Shown: piece after piece, positions 53,114 through 64,000 of the stretch
Position numbering within the stretch: position 1 is the stretch's first letter
Layout: each line of letters starts with the position of its first letter
Translations under genes and position numbers: made by a program
Source: the human T2T-CHM13v2.0 reference genome, Homo sapiens
Reading direction: 5' to 3' (one strand)
Assembly (NCBI RefSeq): GCF_009914755.1
Contig: NC_060929.1
Length of the DNA: 64,000 bases
The notes under the pieces: model-generated
Told to the model about the DNA's origin: nothing
Databases searched by the model: none
Seen by the model: only the letters and a program-made list of their open reading frames with translations

Positions 53114-54637
53114 CTTCCAAAATTTTTAAAGGTAACCTATGGGAGATTTAAGATTAGGGAATATATGAGGCACTGAGAGATGATAATAAAATAACAACAG
53201 TTTATAGAGTACAATACAGGAAACAAAGAAAAAGAAAGCATAAATTCAGAAAACAAAATAAGCTGCAAGAAGCAATTCTGATCATAACACATATTATAAT
53301 AACTATAAATAGGTTAAATCTTCCTGTGATAACATAAATAATTCTCAGATTGGCTCAACAAATATCACCTGCTTTTTTTTTTTAAAAAAAAGCAAAACAT
53401 ACAAAAAATATAGATTAAATGATAAACCAGTAAAAATTAGTATTTAGAACATAGTATGCACTCAAGAAATATTTGTTGGCAAAGTGAATGTCAGAAAAAC
53501 CAAATGACGAAAAAGCAAGGTTGGTAATAACATCAAAGTACTTAGGAGGGCAAACAATATTCAACAATTCCGTATATTGAAAAAATTGAGTTTCTTAACT
53601 CATTTTCAAAGTGCATCAGCCACCATATGAGAAATGAAATGTAAAAACTAAAATCTACAGCTCATGAAAAGTAATGCAAAAATAAATAAATAAAAACCTT
53701 AAGTAAAGAATACCAAATCAAACCTAGCGCTATTTTTTTTTTGAAAGACTAACGTGCCATGACCAAGGAGGACTTATTCTAAGAGTTCAGTGATAATTTA
53801 CCAATATCATTTTAATGAACCACTTAGGAGCAATCCTTTTACTTTTAGAATTAAGACAAAGAAGCTCACGTACTATGTACTAAGACTTTGTTTCCTGGAA
53901 GGTCTAGACCCTGCAGTTAGACAAGAATACAAGATAATAGTCAAAAAACATTGAAAAGAAGAGGAGAAAATTATCATATTTTCTGGAAAAAAATCTACAG
54001 TTCACAAAATTACTATTAGAATTTGTAAGAGATTTAGTAAGGCACTGTTTACAATATAAATTAATACAAACACATACACAAAACCAGAAAATTATAATGA
54101 CAAAAAATCCAAAAGCAACCAAAAATATAAAATGTCTATAAAATGTGCAAAACACCTATGAAGAAAATGACAGAAATTTATTGAGAAAAATAGGAGGGTT
54201 GAGTAAACGGAGAGACTCTGTGTCCCTGAATAGGAAAATTCAGGATTGTAAAGATTTAAATTTTCTCCATATTCCCCTATAACAGTAACACAATTCCAAT
54301 AAATTGTGAATGGGATTTCTTTTGGGAACATAACAAAAATTATTCAAATTCACTCATGTGGAAAACATTTCTAAAAAAAGATTCAGAAAAGGCAGTCTGA
54401 GGTGTTGACTTCTCTAACATTAAAGTGCATTGTAAAACTAAGGTTACCAAAACAATGGGGTATGGCAGCAGGAACAGGCAGATCAAAACAACAGACTAAA
54501 AATCTAGGAAGATACATGTAAATAGGGTGTCATTTCAAGGAAAAAAAGAAAGGATATGTCATTCAATTTATGGTGTTGGAACAATTAGTTAACCACATGG
54601 AAGATAATTAAATCAAATCTCTGCCTCTCTGCCTTGA

Positions 54638-54783
54638 GGCTGGGCTCCTATAATCCCAGCACTTTGGGAGACTGAGGCAAGAGGATCTTTGGTCCCAGGA
54701 ATTCGAGGCTACAGTAAGCCATGATTGCACCACTGCACTCCAGCCTGGGAGATAGAGTGAGACCCTGTCTCAAAAAAAAAAAA
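54638..54783 (+). mobile_element. Monomeric Alu (FRAM-like)
   Basis: Single arm 'gaggatc...ttcgaggctacagtaagccatgattgcaccactgcactccagcctggg...gaccctgtctc' and A tail. Confidence 0.85.
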
Positions 54784-54835
54784 TCGGCCTTATAGCAAAC
54801 ATTGAACTCTCAACCGACTAAAAAATGTACAAACT

Positions 54836-55116
54836 GGCCAGGGTCAGTGGCACATGTCTGTAATCCCAGCACTTTGGGAGGCCAAGGTGGGTGGATCACC
54901 TGAGGTCAGGAGTTTGAGACCAGCCTGGCCAACATGGTGAAACCTGTTCTCTACTAAAAATACAAAAATTAGCTGAGCATAGTGGCAGGTGCCTATATTC
55001 CCAGCTACTCAGGAGGCTGAGGCAGAAGAATTGCTTGAGCCTGGGAGGTGGAGGTTGCATTAAGCCGAGATCATACCCATGCATTCCAGCCTGGGCGACA
55101 GAGTGAGACTCCATCT

Positions 55117-55147
<31 letters not shown>
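54836..55147 (+). mobile_element. AluSx-like
   Basis: Full dimer followed by A30. Confidence 0.95.
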
Positions 55148-55191
<44 letters not shown>

Positions 55192-55193
55192 CA

Positions 55194-55236
<43 letters not shown>
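55118..55236. repeat. Compound microsatellite A30-(TA)n-(CA)n in Alu tail
   Basis: Seen directly. Confidence 0.97.
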
Positions 55237-55240
<4 letters not shown>

Positions 55241-55297
55241 CTGAAAGCATAATAATACTAAAAGAAAATATAAATAAACATTTACATAATTTTTGGC

Positions 55298-55811
55298 TGT
55301 ATATTATTAGAGTTCTATAGAGAAATAGAACTAATTGTGTGTGTGTGTGTGTGTGTGTGTAGGGTGATTGAGAGAGAGGGAGAAATAGATCTTTTTTAAG
55401 GAATTGGCTCATGTGATTACAGAGGCTGGCAAGTCCAAAATCTGCAGGGTAGGCTGGCAGGCTAAAGTCCCAGAAAAGAGTTGATGTTACCACTCAAGTC
55501 CAAAATCTGCAGGGTAGGCTGGCAGGCTGAAGTCCCAGAAAAGAGCTGATGTTACCATTCAAGTCCAAAGCAGTCTACTGGCAGAATTATCTCTTCTTTG
55601 CGGGAGCTAAGTCTTTTTTCTACTAAGACCTTCCACTGACTGGGTGAGGTCCACCCACATTATGGAGGGTAATCTGCTTTACTCAAAGTCTAGTAATTTA
55701 AACGTCAATCTCATCTGAAAAGTATCTTCACAGAAATATCTAGAATAATGTCTGACCAAATATTTAGGCACTATGGCCTAGCCAAGTGGACATACAAAAT
55801 TAACCATGCCA
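55298..55811 (-). mobile_element. MLT2 (C/D-like) ERVL solo LTR with internal (TG)n and 65-bp duplication
   Basis: 'aaggaattggctcatgtgatt...ggcaagtccaaaatctgcaggg', 'cccacattatggagggtaatctgctttactcaaagtc', 'ggcctagccaagtggacatacaaaattaaccat'. Confidence 0.88.
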
Positions 55812-58800
55812 AATTGGAAAGCACTTTATATGCATATAAACGAATGCTGATACCATAAAGGAAAAAAGTTAAACATTTTTGACTAAATAAACATTACAAA
55901 CCTTCTGTTTATCAGGCCTACCATAAACAAAAGACAAACGACAAATTGGGAAAATACTTGCAAAATGTTTGCTGAAAAGTCAATGTCTTTAATATATAAA
56001 AGTGTTATTTTACAAATCAATAATAAGAAGAAATACATCAATAGAAAAAAGACAAGGAGTAGTCAAACTACAGAGAAATCAATACAACTGGTGAATAAAC
56101 ACATGAAAAAAATGTTCATCACCAATAATCAAAGAAAGGCTAATTAAAACAATGAAGTACCATTTTTATACTATCAAATTAGTAAAGATGTTTAGAAATG
56201 TTAGCACCCAGCAAAGGACAGGTGGGGAAGGGGGCAGCATTATCTTCAATTTCTGGGATGTGAATTGAATAACCTTTCAAAATGGCAGTTTGACACTATA
56301 GTTCTAAAGATCTGAAACTCTGCATATATTCTGCTCTACACTCCAACAATTTTACTACTAGACTCTATGTTAAGGACAAAATTAGGAGTATATGGACAAG
56401 GATATAAGAACAGAGATGCTGAATGCTTGTTTTTCTTAACCCGTGCATAGGAAAAAGCTTGGTTGGGAGATACATGCCAATGGTAATGGTTTTTAATGTC
56501 TGGATGATAATTTAAAAATATTTTTATGTGCTTTGCTATATTTCCAAATTGGCTACAATGCAAATTTATCCATTTTGTAATTGGGGGAAAAATTTAAAAT
56601 CGTTCTTAAAACCAAATTACAAAGGATATTTATTCCCTGACCCCCCATGGAATGCATTAAATTAACAATAATCTTTGTATGTGGTTAGTACTTGAGTCTT
56701 TCATCAATCCAGTGAAAGAAGAAAGACTATTATTAGCACCACTTTACAAATAAAAGTATGAGACCTGAAGGGAAGAAAAAACTTTTGTAAAACCAAGCTC
56801 TCTGTTTTGAGGCTCACTTGTCAGGCAGAGTACAAGGTGCTCCATGCAAGGAGGGGGTCCCCTCCTGCCTCTGACCCTTAACATTCCATTGCTTGTCCTT
56901 ATAATCTAACATTGCTCATGGTACTTTCCAAAGGCCACCATTTGTTCTGACTGTTGTAAAAACACACAACACATTTCCACCCCAGGGCTTCTCTTCTATA
57001 AGCTGGAATGCGCCCCTGCTTTCTGGATGTACACTGACTAATTGGGCACTAGAAGTCACACATATGGCTGGCTTCCTCCCAGATGAACACCTCTCAGACA
57101 GGGACCAAGTCCCTTCTGTTCCTATCCCAGCACCTGGCACCTTGTGAGGTGCTGAGCTGGCCTCAGGAAGCAGGTGCTGGGTTAGTGCCTTGAGGCTGTC
57201 ATGCCGCCAATCACCAACGTGCACGCTTCTTTCTGTCTGCTCGCTCCAAAGCAGCAACATAAAGGAAAGCCGGGATGGCCACAGTTGATTTCAACACGTC
57301 AGCCTTTCCGAGAAGGGCAATAGCAGTAATGATGGTGCCTGGGCCCCTTTGGTATTTTTCATGCAATAACTACCTGTACTTTTCCAACCAGGTATTATCC
57401 CTCCTTCCCCAGCAAGATGCCTTTTGTAGAGAATTTTGTTGTTTAGCAAGAACCATTTCTGCCCTAAGAGGCACAATCAGGAACAAGAAATCAAAATAAG
57501 TCATCCTAAGATCTTCTAATCGGAGAGCAAGGGCACTGAGCCTTTGACCCTGCAAGTCACATGCATTTCATTTTGGGTCTAATGACAATACTTAGGCAGG
57601 AGATGTAGGTGTCACCCTAGCAAGGCGAGCTACAGAAGATTGAGGGTAAATTTTTTACATGAAATTACTTGGGATAAACAAGTAGCTAGAGTAGACCGTG
57701 GGCAACTCTGTATTGAAAGAGTAACAACATAAAACAGATGCACATGAAAAGAACCTGCAGGTGGCAATTGCAGGTGGGTTTCCGTATTTCTTTTCTCAAT
57801 TTTTCTTCTGCTTTTTTTCCTCTTTTCTTCTCCTTTCTCAGGACCCTCCCTTCTCCTTCCCTCATTTTCTTGTTTTGCAATGTGGCTGCATTGCTTATGT
57901 ACTTAAAACCACAGGTTTGGGGAAGAAGGTGTGGAGTGGATGGGTGGAGAGCTCTCAGAATTTGTCACAGGACACTGGAGGAGGTGCAGTGAGCAGTAGA
58001 GACGGCCCTGTGCCCACTCCTTCCCTTCCATGCTGCAGGCCTCTTCTCTTCATCTCGAGAAAGCCATTCCACTCAACCATCCAGAGCACACCACGGAGGG
58101 CTGTGGGGAGCACCAAGATGGGAACCCCAGGGCTGCCCCCAGAGATATTTGGCGTTGGGGTGGGGGTGGGAGGGGCCAGAGGAGAAGCAGCCAGTGATGG
58201 ACAGCACTTTCATAGGACACAAAGGACCTGCCCTGGAGTGTAGCACTTCAGGAAGAAAAAATGGTGCATTCTTCCAATGGCAAGGTGCTAAGTGTGAAAT
58301 TAGGGGGCTGGTGGGTTCCTGCTGTCAGCAAGTGTAATCTTTGCCTGAGATCTGTCAGAAGGCAGGGGAGGGTGGAGAGTGTTCACAGAAGGGGTTTTTA
58401 AGAGCAGGGTTGCTTTTATGAAAAGTCACATATATCATCCAGACACAGGTATGTGTGTGTATTCTGCATACATATATTTCTCACTGTGCATAATATAGAA
58501 TGATGTAGCATTTGGGGCAGCACAAAGCTAGGCACTGAGAAGGAGGTGTGGGCTAGATGGGTTCTGATGGGATGGAGGGGTGGGTCTGAATCACTGGAAA
58601 AGCTGATGTGGAGGAAGAAGGTGGTTCTGGCAGCGGGGACTAGGCAAATATTTCTCCTGCTGCTTCCTGAAGAAGCACCATGTAAGGAAAGATGTGGGTT
58701 CGAAGTCCCTGTGTGGATTAAACTTTCTGAAGTTTGTTTAAAAACTTTAAAAAGTAACTACCTTAAAGAAATTTTTTTTTTCATCAAGCATTCACTGTTC

Positions 58801-59174
58801 CTTCCTAGGGCAAGCATGTCCTGAGCTTGCTTTAGCAAAATGACCCCAGCCCCACTCTTAGGGTGAAGCTGACCCCCCATCCCCAGCAGCAGGGGGAAAA
58901 CATGTCTCCACTTAACCTTAGGTACAGCAGTCTTTCCTTCTCTATATAACTGGTGTTCAGGGATGGTCCCAGGACCCAAGCTGGTCCAGCAAGAGGAAAC
59001 CTCAGAGATTCAGCTGAGCAGTCGGGCAGGCTGTCACTTGCTTCCCTGCTGAGCCCTGAATCCAATCCAGCAATAATATGGAACCAGTTATCACTAGTCT
59101 TCCCAGTTACAGATCCTTTTCTCCTGGCTTAAAGCACTTTGGGTTGCATTTTTGTCACTTGCAGTTGGAAATCC

Positions 59175-59310
59175 TAATTCATGAGGACTTGCAAGCTCAC
59201 CAAGGCAGGAGCTTTGTACTGCCTGCCACCCTATCTTCAGCACCGGGGAGAGTGCCTGGCATCTAGTTGGCTCTCAGAAATCTTTGAGGAATCATCAAAT
59301 GAATGATTCC
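59175..59310 (+). mobile_element. L2 3' end
   Basis: 'gcaagctcaccaaggcagg...agtgcctggcatctagttggctctcagaaat...aatgaatga'. Confidence 0.65.
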
Positions 59311-60683
59311 AAAATAGCAACTCCTTTGTGAACCTAATACATTTTAACACAAGAAATGATTCTCAATAAACATTATTTCCTTTTCTATTTTATTGCCCAT
59401 TATCCTATCAACTCTTTCTAAATTAACTCCCAGAGACGAACCCTATTAACTCTTTATTTGGCTATTAATGTCTTGTGAGAAGTTTTATTTAGTTTCCTCT
59501 CATGGAGAGGCAGAGTGAGCAGCCATGACACTGCACCCATCTTTAATTTCTAAGTAAGAAAGCCGCTAGATGTTTTCACCACAAAGGGGCTTCACAGGTC
59601 ATCTGATTTGATCTCCTGCCTCCAGGTAGATGGATTTATAAACTGCAGGGTTGTCCCAAGAGCACTGTGATGCAATTGAGAAGAGATGCCAGAAGGCAGA
59701 ATTAGATGATGTAAAGCTCTCTAAGTGCCAAAGATGTGGAAACTTCAGGAGACACTGTGCAAAGCAGAATAAGGGTATAGATCCCCAGGCCCTCAGAGTT
59801 CCCCACAGTGACATATAGCTGTGGGGAAAATTATCTATGAGGAGCAAGAATTCTACCAGGTGGGAGAGGCTTGAGTCTATGCACATGAACCATTCCAGAC
59901 AAATAGCTGTCAAGACAGGACCACCGATAGTGCAATTCCCTTGCTGGGAATTAATTCAGCATTTAATCACACTAAAAATCAAAATGATTGCTTCTTTGCC
60001 CCCTCCACTTCTCTTATGCTGGACTTGAGCCCATGACTCCTATTAAATTTCCCAAGAAAATATTAAACAGTTGGTCAGCATTCTTCCTTTAACGACCCTA
60101 GAAGATAGTAATTACCTATGTGCCACAATCTCTTGGGCATTGGGATTTAAAAAATAAAAAATGCAACTCTTATCACCTTTTCTCATAGCATTATTTTCTC
60201 TCCCTTAATTCATCCTGTTGTTTATTTCTGGACCTTCTCCAGCTTTCTCACATTCTGCCTAAATTCTGGAGGCCAAATCATGATATAATGCTGATGCAGA
60301 CATCTCTCTGATGTGACTTGCAGACTAAACAATTTTCAGTAGCATCTTTCACATTTCCTATCTCAGTGGCTGCCACTTTTTAAATTAAGCTAATTGATTA
60401 TCCAATTGACACGTTCTTAGCATGTGTCTGCCCCAGTGGCCCTTCAGGGCTGAGGGGCTTCAACACGGGCATCCAGCATTCATTCTAAAAGCCCCAATTA
60501 TCATTAATAAAGCACACAACTCAATGAGTCCGAGATTTGAAACGCTAAGTGCCTCGGGGGCAGGGATCACATATTTCAATGTTTTCTAGCCCTCAAGCAC
60601 TGATTGGGAACTGTTAATATTACTTTTGTATTTTAATCAGTTGGGTATAATTAAGGCATCGGAAAAAGTGTTTCCACAGAATG

Positions 60684-61083
60684 TGTAAGGGACTGAATTG
60701 TGCCCCTGCCACCCCCCAGTCCCCCCTACCCCACATTCATGTTAAAATCCTAACCCCAGTGTTACTATATTTGGAGTTAGAATTCTCAAGGAGGTAATTA
60801 ACATAAAATGAGGTCAGGAGGGCGGGGCTCAAATCTGATAGGACTGGTGTCCTTATAAGAAGAGACGCCAGCCGTCTCTCTCCCGGCATGCGTGCAGAGG
60901 AAAGGCCATGTGAGGACACAGCAAGAAGGTAGCTGTGTGCAAGCCCAGGAGAGAGGCCTCACCAATCCTCCCGGTACCTTGGCTCAGACTTCCAGCCTCC
61001 AGGACCATGAGAAAATAAACTTCCGGTGTTGAAGCCACCCAGTCTGCAATACTTTGTCATGGCAGCCCAAGTAGACTAACACA
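60684..61083 (+). mobile_element. MLT1A solo LTR
   Basis: 'ggactgaattgtgccc...ggactggtgtccttataagaagagac...aaaggccatgtgaggacacagc...gcagcccaagtagactaacaca'. Confidence 0.87.
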
Positions 61084-61224
61084 GGACAGACATAGGAGAA
61101 ATCTGAATGGACTGGCATCCATGCCTGGAGCTGCGTGGGTGCAGAGTGGGAGAGAAAGGGAAAACCAGCCAGCAGGGAAAACCACCAGATGACATAGCAA
61201 GTTACCTACTTCTTCTTTAGAGAA

Positions 61225-61440
61225 AGGGCATGGGTTTCTGAACCAGTCAGACCTGGGCTTGAATCCAGGCTGTTACGCCTATTACAAAAGTGAAAATCAA
61301 TGTAACATTTGTGAATCTTGGTTTTTTTTAATATGTTTTTATATGTAAAGTGAGGTTGACAGCACTGGTCACTTGGGTTTGGTGTGATGATTAAATGTGG
61401 AGCCTGACACATAACAGGTACTCAATAAACAGCAACTACT
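61225..61440 (+). mobile_element. MIR (decayed)
   Basis: 'tcagacctgggcttgaatccaggct...gatgattaaatg...gcctgacacataacaggtactcaataaa'. Confidence 0.6.
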
Positions 61441-61454
61441 CCTATCATTGTTGC

Positions 61455-62060
61455 CATTCATTCATTCAACAGCAGTCCAGGGACCTAATATACAATTTAT
61501 TATTTATTATGTTACCCATTTATTACAATTGTAAATTTGAAACACATTTTAAAATACCAAGTCTGAGAGGACATTTTTGTCTTAGAGCCGACATCCTAGT
61601 CCACTGTACAGACATTAAACAATAAATAAGACAATTTCCCATAATAACAATTGCTGTGAAGAAGCTAAAACAAAGTCACAGGTGGGCAGGGAAGACGGGC
61701 GTCCTTGTGACAGGAACGTCAGTGGTGGTCTCTCTGGGAAGTTAACATCTGGGAGACACCAGATGAGACAGCAGCAGTCACAAAAGATCCGAGGGGAGCC
61801 GCTCAGGGAGAGGGGACAGCACAGCATGTGCACAGGCCCAGGGTGGGAGCAGGTGTGTCCTGCTTGAGGGGCAGAAGGAGGACAGGTCAGCGTGTCTGGA
61901 GCATGGGAAGCTGGAGAGAGAGATGGACGGGCTTGAACGGAGACAGGCAGGCAGAGGTGAGATCACACAAGCCCTTGGAGGCCTGGGAAGAAATTGGATT
62001 TTATCCTAAGCCTAATGGGAGATCACTGACAATTTAGGAAGATAAATCATTTTCATGACT
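61455..62060 (-). mobile_element. L2 fragment
   Basis: 'cattcattcattcaac', 'gcatgtgcacaggccc', 'tggattttatcctaag...tgggagatcactga'. Confidence 0.65.
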
Positions 62061-63439
62061 GTGGGTTTTCCAAGGTCTGACATGATAAAGGGAAAAGGCT
62101 TTGTGATGACTGAAGAGTGAAGAGCCAGAGTCACAGCCTCTGGCAATGCAAGAAGAAAGGCGAGAGCGGTGTCAACTCTGAGGAGTTTGTAGGGAATACA
62201 CACCATTTGCCCGTGTGTCACTTTGCCTCATTCAAGATGCTGTAACTTGCAGAACAGAGGGCTAAAACAACTTCGCGCAGAGAAGCCTGCTGTAGACAGG
62301 GGCACCACAGAACGTGTGCTTCTTCCAAGCTGCGTCTCTTTGGACCCGTACTTGCAATACTAACAGGTGCATAGAGGGCCCTCCAGAAATGCACCCCCCA
62401 CCCCGCCCCTGGGTGGGTTGTACAATACTGCAGTGATTCAAACGTATAGCGCTAAAGCCAGGAAAATCACAACCAACAGACAGCCCCCATGGGCCTCTGC
62501 ACACAAAAGGCAGCCATCCCGCTGCCTGGCCCAGCTAGTGAGTGAGGCCACCCACTGGGCACCCACTCAGATGCACTGGCAGATGTTAGGTTTCAGGACT
62601 GAATTTGGCCTCACTGTACTCAGTCCTCCTCACAGCCCTTTGGAGTCACCTAATCTTGCTAATATGTCTGTAAATGCTTTAGATGAGGAGTCCCTGAACA
62701 GACACATGCACCACTAACTTCATGGATCAGAAAGTCCTCTGAAACTTTACCTTTTTAACCCTGTTACATGGAGTCTTCCCAGCAGACGGGTGCCCCAGCC
62801 TTTCCGCTGTTCTGGCAAAACAGGCCCACAGTCGATATGTCAGTTTGATGTCTCAAGAGCTACCATTAATTATGTATCCCTTTGGTTAGAAATGCAAATG
62901 ACCCTTGGCAGTCATTTAGATCTCCATGTGAATTCGCTTATCACGCACATTCCACCCCAAACAGAGCTGGCCAAGCCAAGCGTGATGCTTGATGAGGGCT
63001 GGGTTGTTTCCCCCTGCACTGCCCAAGTCCATGTCTGGTTAGCCTGTGCCTGACTTCTACCTCACAAGGATACACAGAGTTCCCACTCAAAGGCAGCTTC
63101 TTTGTTTCCCACTGAGAAAGAGCTGCTTAGGGAGAATTAGAGCAAGCTAAATTAGGGGCATTGAAACCATCCTGCCCAGTGGTGTTCCCCAGCTCTGGAT
63201 CCATAGCTTTCTCATTTGATGGTGAGTGGGGGGAGTTTCTTATTCATCTTAAGCAGTCTCCTCACGGTCTCTGTTCTCCTGAGACTGGCAAATGATCATC
63301 AGAAACCGTCCTGGCCTTGGCAATGATGCCGGCCTCACTAAACAAGCTATATCGCAGCAGTGTAATTGCCAGTTAAAGAGCACTTCGTCCTAATTAACCT
63401 CTTCAGGGAATGAGTAAAAGCATCAAGAATTCCAGAGTT

Positions 63440-63590
63440 CACAGAACCTGTGCACAAGCCCTTGTCATGCAAATGAAGAAATTGAGTCTTGGGGTGAGCA
63501 GGACCCGAGGTCCCTCAGCTGACCAGTGCAGGACTCGGACCAGAATCTGGACTTCTAGACTGACTCCTGAAGCCCTGGTTTACTCCATCA
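63440..63590 (-). mobile_element. MIR fragment
   Basis: 'gcaaatgaagaaattgagtc...cccgaggtccctcagct...tctagactgactcc'. Confidence 0.5.
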
Positions 63591-64000
63591 GCCAGTGGGA
63601 ACTGTCAATATTCTCCTAGCTCTTTATGCCTTCAAATATGTCTGTCAAAGACATATTAGTTGAGCATGTATTACATGCTCAGCACTGTGCTGGGTGCTAG
63701 GGTCATGGGGGAGACGGAGCAGCTTGTTATTCTCTCAACTGTCTACTGAGCACCTCTCACGGGACACACACACTGAGGGCCCTGAGGAAAGCACGACTTT
63801 AACAGATGAACAGCTTTGATACCTAGCACTGTGATTTTCTAACTACAATGAGACATTGATACTTATCACACACAGTTATTGGACATACTAAATGCCATGA
63901 TATTTATGAGGCCTACGGTAAATGATCAATACACTGTGGCTATTTTTATTCTCTTCACTATACAGCTGGGGAGATGAAGCAATTCATGAAACCAAGGGGG

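Overview
This is non-coding simian-primate (catarrhine, probably human) genomic DNA, either intergenic or deep intronic. I found no credible protein-coding exon, RNA gene, CpG island or CRISPR/prokaryotic system. All listed ORFs are explained by chance, Alu/LTR/L1/L2 remnants or microsatellites. A large part of the window is recognisable transposon fossil: ten dimeric Alus (three AluY) and two monomeric Alus, most with visible target-site duplications (TSDs); solo LTRs (THE1C x3, MSTA, MLT1A/A0/C/E, MLT2, MER67-like); three long decayed L1-type elements; many MIR and L2 fragments; and DNA-transposon relics (MER2, Tigger3, MER63, MER96B, half MADE1). The most unusual item is a nest at 45159-46435, where a MIR-containing 410-bp fragment sits inside a Tigger3 that itself sits inside a MER2. 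This is chronologically inverted and suggests repair-mediated capture. Also notable are a 47-bp dispersed duplication (19942/20562), a triple-nested MaLR LTR (39310-40753) and several repeat-free, motif-rich blocks that may be enhancers. Repeat subfamily names are from recalled consensus sequences, not a database search, and fragment boundaries without TSDs are approximate. I do not see evidence for a genuinely new biological system.
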